64,000 nt of DNA, taken from assembly GCA_002269645.1 (NCBI GenBank), contig NIVC01001344.1:62001-126000 (forward strand). Reading direction: 5' to 3'. Shown here in pieces: positions 36,843 through 50,229 of the stretch. The stretch's first letter is position 1. Every line of letters starts with the position of its first letter. Source of the DNA: Macrostomum lignano (lineage: Eukaryota). The notes under the pieces were generated by a model, which searched no databases, was not told the DNA's origin, and was given only the letters and a program-made list of their open reading frames with translations. Position numbers and translations under genes: made by a program.

Positions 36843-39064
36843 AATCTTGCCGTGGTCACTCTGTTACTGTGTGAATCGTGATCCCATACGTGAATAAGCA
36901 CTGGTGCCTCAGGCAATCATTCACACAAAGCTCTGTCAGCATGTTTTACAATTTCGGCATGACGTCAAGCTATTTTTGTTCTTCCTTTTTACACAAAAGC
37001 ACTATATTTTACTCTTAACGCATGCTGTGTGTGTGGCGATTGAGTCAATCCTTATGTTTATTATAGCAATCGCTTTTTTATGTTAGTTTCTATCAATTGT
37101 ATATTGCATTGAAACTAGCCACTTTGGTGCTTTCACCGAAATGCACAGCTGCCGGAGCCCAGTCTATGAATGCATTCAGCTGTGATGGGTTGGTTCTCCC
37201 GTGCCGATGACATTTGGCTGGCTTGAGACTTGATGGCTCTGAGCTCTTGTTTAACCTGGTTTTCTTGTTGTTATAAACACTCTAATAGCCTTTGTATCGC
37301 TTGTTTTCTTCCCAATTTTTTTGCATTATCAGCCACGCAGTTTTTTCTTCAATTCTTACTACTAACTACTCGTATTGCTATTTAGTAGTATTTGCTGCTA
37401 GCGTGCGTATTTTGTAACGCCTTTTTCAGTTTGATTTCTCTTGCTTTTTAAATGCTTACTCAGTTGTTTATTTCCTGTGTTAATTTTGTTAAATTTATGT
37501 GCAAGCAAGCCTTGTGCGCATTGTATGCTATGCAATAATACCATCCATAAAATATATGTTATCTCTGCACTATGAAGTGTCACTTTTATTCTTGTCAATT
37601 TTATATACACTCAACTATTGGGAATTATTGCTTTTGTATGTAATGATCTGAAACCTTTGTTTCTTTAATCTGGAGGGGTTAAAAAGTTAACCATCGAGCT
37701 ACCTAGGGGGGGGATTTTTTGCTGCGCCGGAATGAAGCAACGCAGGCAGGCACACGAAATTCAAGCACACCTTCTCAAACAAGAATCAAGTCGCCAGCCC
37801 TTTGGGCAGTCGAGATAATTCAACGATTCTATTAGAAAGTCAGTTTTTTCCCATAAGCGCCAGTGTATTCAATACAGCCCCTGTACGCCAATCAGCACTG
37901 CCCCTCAGTGCAGCCTTGCCAAGCCTCCAAATTTCATCTGCACGTCAATCATGTCTGCATCAGCTCTGACTTCGTTGGTCACTGGCCTTCACCGAGGGCC
38001 CGAGTCGGAGCGGAGACCTTCTGGACCTTCAACAGGTGGCACTAGGTCACTATGGGCACTTTATTGCGGATTTATCTAGCTTCACTGATCAAGCTTAAAC
38101 GATGAACCAAACCTCAACTGCTGGACATTCTCAGCTAGTCTCTCAAGCATTCCGACATCAACCCCGAAATTGCCGGCACCTTCAGCAGATGGCACCAGAT
38201 GATTTAGTTCTACTGGTAATCAGTTGACGCCCGCCGAGAGACTGTCTATGGTAAATCCTCTCTTGGGGTTGCTGGGCTTACTACTGCTACAGTAATATGG
38301 AAGGGCCGCAGAGAAAACGCCTGTTTCAGTCCTCTGCAGCCTATCATTCAGCATCCAGTAAACGACAAAGTTCAAGTACGCATGTTTCTTCTCAACAGGC
38401 AGCATATTTTCCATATATTTTATATGATAATTTTATACGCTAAGCGCTTTTGCTATATAATTACTTGTATAACAAACTTAATTTCATGTCATACCAAATT
38501 AAATGTTACGAATTAAAATAATGGAGGCTGTGTATATTAAAATACAATACAAGAATTATTGAGCATTAATATAACCTTACTAAATAAACTCTCGGATTAT
38601 TGTTGAATATGGCAAATTTCCATAGAAAAAAATCAATAAGACAGCTGAATACTATTGCAATTAATATATATAGAAACTTGTGAGTTCAGCTGGAGAACCC
38701 GATCAAAATGCAGAGAGCGCTATAGTTCTCACGACTTCTACTGGGAAGCGGATTGTTCCTTCGAACGTTTGTCAAGGCGTGCCAGAGATGGGTGATATGT
38801 CAGAAGTTCTAGACATAATCTGGCCAGTAAGTCTGCACGGCATACTGGATGCCAATTACAGACAAGGCAGTAGGAGAATGTCAGACAGCGCCACACTGAT
38901 GTCAGGCATGCGATATATCTCACGATTTCAGACAACATAAAGCATGTCAGAATACATTTTCGATGTCAGACACCATCAATAAGATGTTAGACAAAAATAA
39001 CTGGATTCCGAATGTATCCTAAATGGTGTCAGACAGTATCACAAAGTATGTCAGACAACATCAA

Positions 39065-39190
39065 GTCAAGTATGTCAGGAAAGTCGGCGCGCGGATGTCA
39101 GACAACAACAGGAATGTCAGGAAAGTTGGCGCGCGGATGTCAGAAAACAACAGGAATGTCAGGAAAGTCGGCGCGCGGATGTCAGATCAC
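39065..39190. repeat. Three ~42-bp tandem units
   Basis: Unit is GTCAGGAAAGTCGGCGCGCGGATGTCAGACAACAACAGGAAT. Confidence 0.85.
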
Positions 39191-42100
39191 GCTTCCAGCC
39201 GGTTGCAGCTTTAATTGACCCAGCGCCGTCATTGGCGCGGGCGCGGGCTGCCTGGCGGAGCGCATCGTCCGCGGCAAAATCGGCCTGGGCTGGAGTCGTC
39301 GAGTCGACGACGATGCCGACTGAGTCGTCGTCGTCGCCGCCGCAGTTGACGAAGACGAGCCGGCCGACGCTGACGAGGAAGTGGACGCTCGAGGCGGCCG
39401 CAGCGAGCAGCGCGGGGGCGGAGAAACCGGATGCGAAGACGGCGAAGGCAGCGAGAGGCCGTCGGCCAGGCGGGGTCCTTCTGCATGACGGTCCGGAACA
39501 GCGCGCTGAAGGCGGCCTCCCAGCGGCTCTCCGCCGTCAATTCCATCCGGCGCTCGTCGTCGCGGCCATCTGGGCGGGCCAGCAGCAGCTGAGGCGCGCA
39601 TTCCACAGCCCGGCGCAGCAGCCTGGCGCAGTAGGCCTCCCAGGCCATCTTCTCTTCAACCAGGCGCCGGATTGTCTGCAGCAATTCGCGCTTGCTGCGA
39701 GAGTCGCCGCCTGTTTGGTCGGCAGAAGCCTGCCGCTCTTGCTGTTGCTGCTGCTGCTGCTGTTGAAGCTGCTGCTGGAGCTGCTGCATCTGAGCCAGCA
39801 GCCCGGAGGTCTCAGTATCCGCCTGCGCCAGCTGCCGCTGCAGCCTCTGATTGGTCAGCCGGAGCTGCTCCAGTTCGGCCTCCTCGGAGTCCAACCGCGG
39901 CAGGCCTTCAACCGCTCGGCAGGTGTCGTTTAAAACTGAGTTTTCCACCTGATTCGATTGCGGGTGAGTGGCAGGTCATTTCAAGGTCAGAAGTGGTCAG
40001 TGGCGATAGAATGTCTTTGGAAAATAGAGAAGGTTAGTGAGGAATGGGAATGGGCTCAGTGGGAGTCAGGTGTTAATGAATTCAAGGTCAGAGAGTTTGA
40101 TAGGGTTTCAGGATTCTGCAGGGTTTTGCAAAGGTCTATAGGGGTCAACACATAGAAATCTATAGGGGTCGGGATAAAGCAGTCGGGGTCAGGAATGGTC
40201 AGGAGAAGTCAGTAGCGGAAAGCAGTGAGCTTACAGGCAGAGCAGCACAGAGAATCAGACAGATTGTTAGTTAAATGTGAGCCAGCTGCCTAAGGCGCAC
40301 CTTGAGCTGATCAGCGCAGCTCCGTATCTGGGCGATGTCCTGCTGCGACCTGCCCAGCTGCTGCCGCAGCTCTTGGCAGTAGTCGTCTCGCTCCTGTAGT
40401 TCGGCCTCCCGCTGCTGCAGTTCGTCTAGCAGATTGCTGATCTCTGATTTGCACAGTTCGAGCTGGCTGCGTAGCTGAGCATTCTCGTCCTCGAGTTTGT
40501 GCGCTTTGTCCGACATCTTGAGTACATACTCGATCTGCGACGGCAGTTAGGCAGGTTATTATTGTAGATGACGCTTTGGTGCTCATCAGTGAGTTTGAAT
40601 CAATGTTGGTTTCTACAATTGTTGCTCAAAATGGACAGGTATGCTTGACTTGGAGAAATGTACTGCTCAATATGGGAATGGGGGTTATACTCGTAGGGAG
40701 CAGTGATCATGTCGGAGAGAGGGAGACAGATAGAGAGAGAATGAGAGCTAGAGACAGTGAGAGGGTAGTTGGAGAGAGAGAGGGAGAGGGAGACAGATGG
40801 AGAGAGAATGGGGGAGAGGGAGACAGATGGAGAGAGAAAGGAGGAGAGGGAGACAGATGGAGAGAGAAAGGAGGAGAGGGAGACAGATGGAGAGAGAAAG
40901 GAGGAGAGGGAGACAGATGGAGAGAGAAAGGAGGAGAGGGAGACAGATGGAGAGAGAAAGGAGGAGAGGGAGACAGATGGAGAGAGAAAGGGGGAGAGGG
41001 AGACAGATGGAGAGAGAAAGGAGGAGAGGGAGATAGATGGAGATAGAAAGGGGGAGAGGGAGACAGATGGAGAGAGAAAGGGGGAGAGGGAGACAGATGG
41101 AGAGAGAAAGGGGGAGAGGGAGACAGATGGAGAGAGAAAGGGGGAGAGGGAGACAGATGGAGAGAGAAAGGGGGAGAGGGAGACAGATGGAGAGAGAATG
41201 GGGGAGAGGGAGACAGATGGAGAGAGAAAGGGGGAGAGGGAGACAGATGGAGAGAGAAAGGGGGAGAGGGAGACAGATGGAGAGAGAAAGGGGAGAGGGA
41301 GACAGATGGAGAGAGAAAGGGGAGAGGGAGACAGATGGAGAGAGAAAGGAGGAGAGGGAGACAGATGGAGAGAGAAAGGGGGAGAGGGAGACAGATGGAG
41401 AGAGATGGAGAGAGAAAGGAGGAGAGGGAGACAGATGGAGAGAGAATGGGGGAGAGGGAGACAGATGGAGAGAGAAAGGAGGAGAGGGAGACAGATGGAG
41501 AGAGAAAGGAGGAGAGGGAGACAGATGGAGAGAGAAAGGGGGAGAGGGAGACAGATGGAGAGAGAAAGGAGGAGAGGGAGACAGATGGAGAGAGAAAGGG
41601 GGAGAGGGAGACAGATGGAGAGAGAATGGGTGTTAGAGACATGGAGAGTAGGTGGGGAGAGAGAGAGAAGCCGACAGAGTGAGGGACAGACAGGAAGAGA
41701 GAAAGGGGAGGCAAGCACTGAGAAGGGAATAATGAAAAGGCCGGAAACATCACAGTAAAATAAAGAGCCAATCAAGGCCAACGGAAGTCACAAAAATCCT
41801 ATTTGCACAATGCTTGTCTCAAACCTAAGCCGCTCTATAAATCATTCATCCGTAGATTAGCTGTTTATACTGAGTCTCGTGCGTGCTGACTTAATGCTCT
41901 GGCTTTCTGCAACAGGCGATAAAGCTTCGACTTTATCTTGCTTGGCACGTCTTCGCAAATAGCCAATTTATTGTGTGCTTTTCCCTCTGCAGTTATTCGC
42001 CATTTCCAAATTTGGTTCTCCAATTGCTATTGTAAGAGACATACGTCAAAGACTCGCGCGAAAGGATTTGGACCAAAATGTTGCTGAAAATGCAGATTGC

Positions 42101-42408
42101 CTACATAAAATGAGGTCTCCATTTTTTGTTGCTAAATTCTGGCTAAATACCTTCTCACCTTAAGTATTTTCTTTACATAGCAACTCCATCACGACATTAA
42201 ATGCGCGCGCTCTCTGGATATGTTTTCGAAGCGCTGGGCTCGAAGATACCAAAAAGATAATTTTTCAGCAATTAGATAGCTCGTAGATACATCAATGGCT
42301 CGGAAGATGATAAGTGACATTTTGTGAACTGTTTGTTCGTAGTTACATACTAATAATATATTCCAAACTTTGTTATAATAATTACATACATTTGATACAT
42401 ATTGATAT

Positions 42409-42503
<95 letters not shown>

Positions 42504-43213
42504 ATCAGAGGAGCGGGTCGGAGAGAGGGGATCAGAGGGAGCGGGTCGGAGAGAGGGGATCAGAGGGAGCGGGTCGGAGAGAGGGGATCAGAGGGAGCGG
42601 GTCGGAGAGAGGGGATCAGAGGGAGCGGGTCGGAGAGAGGGGATCAGAGGGAGCGGGTCGGAGAGAGGGATCAGAGGGAGCGGGTCGGAGAGAGGGGATC
42701 GGAGGGAGCGATCAGTCAGACAGATGGGATGTGAGCAGCGGTTCACGAGCCCACCTGCTCGGTAGCCTTGGCCGTGGCTTCCTGGACCTCGAGCTCCCGC
42801 CTGTCCAGCTCCTTCTGCTTGGTGCGGGTCTCGTGGCTCAGCATAGCCAGGCTGTGCGCCAGCGCCTGCCGCCGGGCCTGCGCCGACGCGCCGCGCCCGT
42901 AGCTGACGCTCTGAGTGAGTCGCGAGGATGCAGCGGTAGCCGCCGCCGACGCCGCCGTTGTTGGGGAGTTTGGCGTCGTTGAAGTCGGCAGCGGCGAGGG
43001 CAGCTCGCTGATGGCTGACATCGCCATGGCGTGGAACTGCCAGCCGTCCGAGAGCAGCGGCTGTTGCTGCTGCTGGGAGCAGCGAAGACCCTGGGTTGGC
43101 GAGGCGCAGCCGGAGGCTCCGGAGATGCCGGAGTCGCCGCAAGAGCTATCAGCGGCGTCGGCTACCGCGGCTGGCGACGTCTGTGACTGATGACGAATCG
43201 AGCTGTGGCGCAT
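39182..43213 (-). CDS. Coiled-coil protein with C-terminal Rab11-FIP RBD-like motifs: exons 43213-42755, 40534-40301, 39948-39229 (or to 39182 if a 1-nt indel near 39470 is corrected)
   Basis: Three GC-rich exons join in phase 0 at CAG|GT and CAG| sites, with heptad-rich E/Q/L segments. SKRELLQTIRRLVEEKMAWEAYCARLLRRAVECAPQLL resembles the FIP-RBD consensus (LE.YID.LL.RVME..P.LL). Orthology is not established. Confidence 0.65.
40705..41630. repeat. 30-bp GA-rich intronic minisatellite
   Basis: Unit is GAGGGAGACAGATGGAGAGAGAAAGGAGGA. Confidence 0.95.
42408..42710. repeat. (GA)n microsatellite followed by a 28-bp minisatellite
   Basis: Unit is GGGGATCAGAGGGAGCGGGTCGGAGAGA. Confidence 0.95.
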
Positions 43214-43364
43214 TGACTTGGAGAGGCTGGAATCTGAAATAGTTGCGTTTTGACAGACAGAACGGCTAGAGGTCGCGAGTTCGAATCTTAGCAAAGTTTT
43301 TGTATTTTATATCAAACTTAAAAATCAAAAACATCTCATGACAACGCTACAGCACAACCAAAAA

Positions 43365-43950
43365 AACATCACAACTAACAACACATCAGTATAAACAACA
43401 AAACAAACAGCACAACTACGAGTAACAACACATCAGTATAAACAACAAAACAAACAGCACAACTAACAACACATCAGGAGAAACAACAAAACAAACAGCA
43501 CAACTAACAACACATCATCATAACCAACAAAACAAACAGCACAACTAACAACACATCATCATAACCAACAAAACAAAAGCACAACTAACAACACATCAGT
43601 ATAAACAACAAAACAAACAGCACAACTAACAACACATCAGGAGAAACAACAAAACAAACAGCACAACTAACAACACATCAGTATAAACAACAAAACAAAC
43701 AGCACAACTAACAACACATCAGGAGAAACAACAAAACAAACAGCACAACTAACAACACATCAGTATAAACAACAAAACAAACAGCACAACTAACAACACA
43801 TCAGGAGAAACAACAAAACAAACAGCACAACTAACAACACATCAGTATAAACAACAAAACAAACAGCACAACTAACAACACATCAGGAGAAACAACAAAA
43901 CAAACAGCACAACTAACAACACATCAGCATAACCAACAAAACAAACAGCG
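43365..43950. repeat. 41-bp AC-rich minisatellite with alternating variants
   Basis: Unit is AACAACACATCA(GTATA/GGAGA)AACAACAAAACAAACAGCACAACT. Confidence 0.95.
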
Positions 43951-44551
43951 TATTCAACGATACAAAATCACAAACAAAACAAAAAAACACCAAAACAACA
44001 CAACAAGCAGAACAGACAGCATCACCAACAAGCAAAAGACAAGCTACATGACTAGCAGCACAGCCAAGGCAACGCAGCAAACACACCCAAAACAACCCAA
44101 TAGCGCCGCTAGCTACCAGCTACTCCACGCCATGCAGCAACAGACCAAGCAGATTTTTCTGTCAGCTCAATTGCTTGCTTATACGCAGAGATATTGAAAA
44201 TGAAGCAATACAAATTAGCAAAAAAATTTTGTCTGTCTACAGTGATAGCCCCAGACAGGCTCCTGGGATCAGCAAGCCGCACTTCCAGGACAACTATAGA
44301 CTCGTTCACTTATGCGAAGAAGCGAATGCTATAGAGAATGAAAAATATGCAAATTAATAGCTCCTGCTGTAAGTGGAGCTAATGGAGACCTCGACCCTGG
44401 GGTAGACCTGGGTTTTTTGTGCAGCGAACTAATTTTTTAATAATTCATGCTCTGATGTCAGAGGCCATGAGCTCAGGCCATTTTTAATGCTTTATTGATA
44501 ATATTGTATTGCAAGGCTCGAATGCCAACGCCTCATTCTGGCTGGTCAAAC

Positions 44552-47500
44552 CAGTCTGGGGGTCACATCAGTCTGGGGGTCACATCAGTCTGGGGGTCAC
44601 ATCAGTCTGGGGGTCACATCAGTCTGGGGGTCACATCAGTCTGGGGGTCACATCAGTCTGGGGTCACATCAGTCTGGGGGTCACATCAGTCTGGGGGTCA
44701 CATCAGTCTGGGGGTCACATCAGTCTGGGGGTCACATCAGTCTGGGGGTCACATCAGTCTGGGGGTCACATCAGTCTGGGGGTCACATCAGTCTGGGGGT
44801 CACATCAGTCTGGGGGTCACATCAGTCTGGGGTCACATCAGTCTGGGGGTCACATCAGTCTGGGGGTCACATCAGTCTGGGGGTCACATCAGTCTGGGGG
44901 TCACATCAGTCTGGGGGTCACATCAGTCTGGGGGTCACATCAGTCTGGGGTCACATCAGTCTGGGGGTCACATCAGTCTGGGGTCACATCAGTCTGGGGG
45001 TCACATCAGTCTGGGGGTCACATCAGTCTGGGGTCAGTCACATCAGTCTGGGGGTCACATCAGTCTGGGAGTCACATCAGTCTGGGGGTCACATCAGTCT
45101 GGGGGTCACATCAGTCTGGGGTCAGTCACATCAGTCTGGGGGTCACATCAGTCTGGGGGTCACATCAGTCTGGGGTCAGTCACATCAGTCTGGGGGTCAC
45201 ATCAGTCTGGGGGTCACATCAGTCTGGGGTCACATCAGTCTGGGGGTCACATCAGTCTGGGGTCACATCAGTCTGGGGGTCACATCAGTCTGGGAGTCAC
45301 ATCAGTCTGGGGGTCACATCAGTCTGGGGGTCACATCAGTCTGGGGGTCACATCAGTCTGGGGTCAGTCACATCAGTCTGGGGGTCACATCAGTCTGGGG
45401 GTCACATCAGTCTGGGGTCACATCAGTCTGGGGTCACATCAGTCTGGGGGTCACATCAGTCTGGGGTCACATCAGTCTGGGGTCAGTCACATCAGTCTGG
45501 GGGTCACATCAGTCTGGGGTCACATCAGTCTGGGGGTCACATCAGTCTGGGGGTCACATCAGTCTGGGGGTCACATCAGTCTGGGGGTCACATCAGTCTG
45601 GGGGTCACATCAGTCTGGGGGTCACATCAGTCTGGGGGTCACATCAGTCTGGGGTCAGTCACATCAGTCTGGGGGTCACATCAGTCTGGGTCAGTCACAT
45701 CAGTCTGGGGGTCACATCAGTCTGGGAGTCACATCAGTCTGGGGTCACATCAGTCTGGAGGTCACATCAGTCTGGGGGTCACATCAGTCTGGGGTCACAT
45801 CAGTCTGGGGGTCACATCAGTCTGGGGTCAGTCACATCAGTCTGGGGGTCACATCAGTCTGGGGTCAGTCACATCAGTCTGGGGGTCACATCAGTCTGGG
45901 AGTCACATCAGTCTGGGGGTCACATCAGTCTGGGGTCACATCAGTCTGGGGGTCACATCAGTCTGGGGGTCACATCAGTCTGGGGGTCACATCAGTCTGG
46001 GGGTCACATCAGTCTGGGGGTCACATCAGTCTGGGGTCACATCAGTCTGGGGGTCACATCAGTCTGGGGGTCACATCAGTCTGGGGTCAGTCACATCAGT
46101 CTGGGGGTCACATCAGTCTGGGGTCAGTCACATCAGTCTGGGGGTCACATCAGTCTGGGAGTCACATCAGTCTGGGGGTCACATCAGTCTGGGGGTCACA
46201 TCAGTCTGGGGGTCACATCAGTCTGGGGGTCACATCAGTCTGGGGGTCACATCAGTCTGGGGTCAGTCACATCAGTCTGGGGGTCACATCAGTCTGGGGT
46301 CAGTCACATCAGTCTGGGGTCACATCAGTCTGGGAGTCACATCAGTCTGGGGTCACATCAGTCTGGGGTCACATCAGTCTGGGGTCAGTCACATCAGTCT
46401 GGGGGTCACATCAGTCTGGGGGTCACATCAGTCTGGGGTCAGTCACATCAGTCTGGGGGTCACATCAGTCTGGGGGTCACATCAGTCTGGGGGTCACATC
46501 AGTCTGGGGGTCACATCAGTCTGGGGGTCACATCAGTCTGGGGGTCACATCAGTCTGGGAGTCACATCAGTCTGGGGGTCACATCAGTCTGGGGTCAGTC
46601 ACATCAGTCTGGGGGTCACATCAGTCTGGGGGTCACATCAGTCTGGGGGTCACATCAGTCTGGGGGTCACATCAGTCTGGGGGTCACATCAGTCTGGGGG
46701 TCACATCAGTCTGGGGGTCACATCAGTCTGGGGTCACATCAGTCTGGGAGTCACATCAGTCTGGGGGTCACATCAGTCTGGGGGTCACATCAGTCTGGGG
46801 GTCACATCAGTCTGGGGTCAGTCACATCAGTCTGGGGGTCACATCAGTCTGGGGTCACATCAGTCTGGGGGTCACATCAGTCTGGGGTCACATCAGTCTG
46901 GGGGTCACATCAGTCTGGGAGTCACATCAGTCTGGGGGTCACATCAGTCTGGGGGTCACATCAGTCTGGGGGTCACATCAGTCTGGGGTCAGTCACATCA
47001 GTCTGGGAGTCACATCAGTCTGGGGTCACATCAGTCTGGGGGTCACATCAGTCTGGGGGTCACATCAGTCTGGGGTCAGTCACATCAGTCTGGGGTCACA
47101 TCAGTCTGGGGTCACATCAGTCTGGGGGTCACATCAGTCTGGGGGTCACATCAGTCTGGGGGTCACATCAGTCTGGGGTCACATCAGTCTGGGGGTCACA
47201 TCAGTCTGGGAGTCACATCAGTCTGGGGTCACATCAGTCTGGGGGTCACATCAGTCTGGGGTCAGTCACATCAGTCTGGGGGTCACATCAGTCTGGGGGT
47301 CACATCAGTCTGGGGTCAGTCACATCAGTCTGGGAGTCACATCAGTCTGGGGGTCACATCAGTCTGGGGGTCACATCAGTCTGGGGGTCACATCAGTCTG
47401 GGGTCAGTCACATCAGTCTGGGGGTCACATCAGTCTGGGGGTCACATCAGTCTGGGGGTCACATCAGTCTGGGGGTCACATCAGTCTGGGGTCACATCAG

Positions 47501-48617
47501 TCTGGGGGTCACATCAGTCTGGGAGTCACATCAGTCTGGGGGTCACATCAGTCTGGGGGTCACATCAGTCTGGGGGTCACATCAGTCTGGGGTCAGTCAC
47601 ATCAGTCTGGGGGTCACATCAGTCTGGGGGTCACATCAGTCTGGGGGTCACATCAGTCTGGGGGTCACATCAGTCTGGGGTCACATCAGTCTGGGAGTCA
47701 CATCAGTCTGGGGGTCACATCAGTCTGGGGGTCACATCAGTCTGGGGTCAGTCACATCAGTCTGGGGTCACATCAGTCTGGGGGTCACATCAGTCTGGGG
47801 TCAGTCACATCAGTCTGGGGGTCACATCAGTCTGGGGGTCACATCAGTCTGGGGGTCACATCAGTCTGGGGGTCACATCAGTCTGGGGGTCACATCAGTC
47901 TGGGGGTCACATCAGTCTGGGGTCAGTCACATCAGTCTGGGGGTCACATCAGTCTGGGGGTCACATCAGTCTGGGGGTCACATCAGTCTGGGGGTCACAT
48001 CAGTCTGGGGGTCACATCAGTCTGGGGTCACATCAGTCTGGGGGTCACATCAGTCTGGGGGTCACATCAGTCTGGGGGTCACATCAGTCTGGGGGTCACA
48101 TCAGTCTGGGGGTCACATCAGTCTGGGGGTCACATCAGTCTGGGGGTCACATCAGTCTGGGGGTCACATCAGTCTGGGGGTCACATCAGTCTGGGGGTCA
48201 CATCAGTCTGGGGGTCACATCAGTCTGGGGGTCACATCAGTCTGGGGGTCACATCAGTCTGGGGTCACATCAGTCTGGGGGTCACATCAGTCTGGGGGTC
48301 ACATCAGTCTGGGGGTCACATCAGTCTGGGGGTCACATCAGTCTGGGGGTCACATCAGTCTGGGGTCACATCAGTCTGGGGTCACATCAGTCTGGGGGTC
48401 ACATCAGTCTGGGGGTCACATCAGTCTGGGGGTCACATCAGTCTGGGGGTCACATCAGTCTGGGGGTCACATCAGTCTGGGGGTCACATCAGTCTGGGGG
48501 TCACATCAGTCTGGGGGTCACATCAGTCTGGGAGTCACATCAGTCTGGGGGTCACATCAGTCTGGGGGTCACATCAGTCTGGGGGTCACATCAGTCTGGG
48601 GGTCACATCAGTCTAGG
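44552..48617. repeat. ~4-kb satellite of a 17-bp unit (GGGGGTCACATCAGTCT) with 16-bp, 20-bp and GGGAG variants
   Basis: Directly visible. The unit contains no stop codon on the + strand, which produces the 1373/1375-aa pseudo-ORFs. Confidence 0.98.
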
Positions 48618-48805
48618 AGGTTCAAAACCAGACTAGGGCCCTAAGGGGTCGGTCAGTTCAGTCTGGGGATCACCTAGGTCGCTACACGTGCTAACAATGG
48701 AAGCATGTACACAATACACTATATCTAGAAATTTAATAGCTAGGAGTTTACTGAAAAAAATTAAATTTACTCGAGGTTCGGGACCCTGTGTCTCCTATCT
48801 ACGCA

Positions 48806-49197
48806 TGGATTGCTAGTCTAGCCTGTCTATGGTTAATAGGCATTGAAAATGGATTGCTAGTCTAGCCTGTCTATGGGTTAATAGGCATTGAAAATGGATT
48901 GCTAGTCTAGCCTGTCTATGGGTTAATAGGCATTGAAAATGGATTGCTAGTCTAGCCTGTCTATGGGTTAATAGGCATTGAAAATGGATTGCTAGTCTAG
49001 CCTGTCTATGGGTTAATAGGCATTGAAAATGGATTGCTAGTCTAGCCTGTCTATGGGTTAATAGGCATTGAAAATGGATTGCTAGTCTAGCCTGTCTATG
49101 GTTAATAGGCATTGAAAATGGATTGCTAGTCTAGCCTGTCTATGGTTAATAGGCATTGAAAATGGATTGCTAGTCTAGCCTGTCTATCGTTAATAGG
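48806..49197. repeat. 44-45-bp minisatellite
   Basis: Unit is GGATTGCTAGTCTAGCCTGTCTATGGGTTAATAGGCATTGAAAAT. Confidence 0.95.
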
Positions 49198-50229
49198 CAT
49201 CTTTTATTCTCATCAGTTACCTCGAGTAAAAAAGCCTAATCGTTATGCGCAAAGAAACTACAATACTCAATAGTCAATAGTGCAGCATTTTACCTTATAC
49301 TTCCGGTCCGGTCCGGTCGATTGACGCAATAGAATTCCTAATTAATGAATAAAAACGGGCCGAATCCAGTGGACAATCTTCGAGTTTCCGCTAAGGCTGA
49401 GTTAAAGCATAAAATTCAATACATTCGAGCTTTATATATTACGTTACCGCATGTGTCGATTTACTCAGCCAAACCGCCCTCCCTGACAGAGAGAGAGAAA
49501 GCTGACTCAGCTCGCACGCAGTTCCAAATCCGCCAACTGCTATTGGGTGTGGCCGTCTGGCTTTTGGTTTGGAAAGAGATATTCATGCACTCACGTGCCG
49601 ACCGCACAACTGCATGGCGCGGCAACGACTCCTTCGCGTAGCCCCCCAACAAGCGAGAGAATAATATTAATACGAGCGAACATATAAAGGAAAGGAAGTG
49701 AAGAAAATGCGAGGACTAATAATAGACTGAGAACTCACCTATACAGAGCCTCCCAAATGTACATTCCGGGGCCCATGTACAATTGTACATTGCTGCTACT
49801 TATCTCAGTTGTTCGCCTAGGCCTTAATTATCGCATCATTGTTAGTACACTAATAAATATCAGATTTCTCGATTCCAATTCGGAAAAGTCGATAATATAA
49901 TAGGCTTACAAATGTACGCGCAATAAGATCACATTTTATGGCTAAATAATTAACTAATTACTCAACTCACTCACCTGTGAGAAATGTGCCGCCGGCACTG
50001 TAAATGGATACCTTCTGCAGTTGCAGCAGCCACATTTACTGTAGTTAAAGAAAAGAAGAGCCAAATAAAAGGCTCTCAATTTCACACGGTCGGCCCTGGA
50101 CCTCTTCCAGTCTCGACCTAGCAAAAATGCCTTCTTCAGGCTCGACCAAAACAAGAGTTGGAAATGAGCATCATTCAAGACCGTCCAGGTACATGCAATT
50201 TAAGGAATTTCTGAAAATCCCTTCTCGCG

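Noticed and set aside
36022-36844. 266/268-aa ORFs (LILAVTLCES / ISDSHRVTAR repeats)
   Set aside because: This is a 30-bp array 3' of the otopetrin stop, open on both strands only because the unit length is a multiple of 3.
37850-38220. GC-elevated, coding-looking stretch
   Set aside because: The frames I translated are interrupted by stops and show no recognisable motif; possibly decayed TE.
40576-41781. ER-rich and SPS-rich ORFs up to 393 aa
   Set aside because: They come from an intronic GA-rich minisatellite.
44495-48636. 1373-aa and 1375-aa ORFs
   Set aside because: They are translations of a 17-bp satellite with no + strand stop codon. The same peptide words cycle through all frames, which indicates no coding constraint.
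48806-49197. TGTCTATGG (Crypton terminal motif) in every unit of the 45-bp array
   Set aside because: There is no other similarity to the Crypton ends, and a single 9-mer amplified with the array is explicable by chance.
49300-50200. Possible short exons or promoter (ACTTCCGG, TTGACGCAA, GCTGACTCAGC motifs; GTGAGT donors on the minus strand near 49590 and 49975; ATG at 50127 with a GTACAT donor)
   Set aside because: No consistent gene model or protein similarity could be assembled. It may be the 5' UTR or promoter of the coiled-coil gene, but this is unsupported without transcripts.
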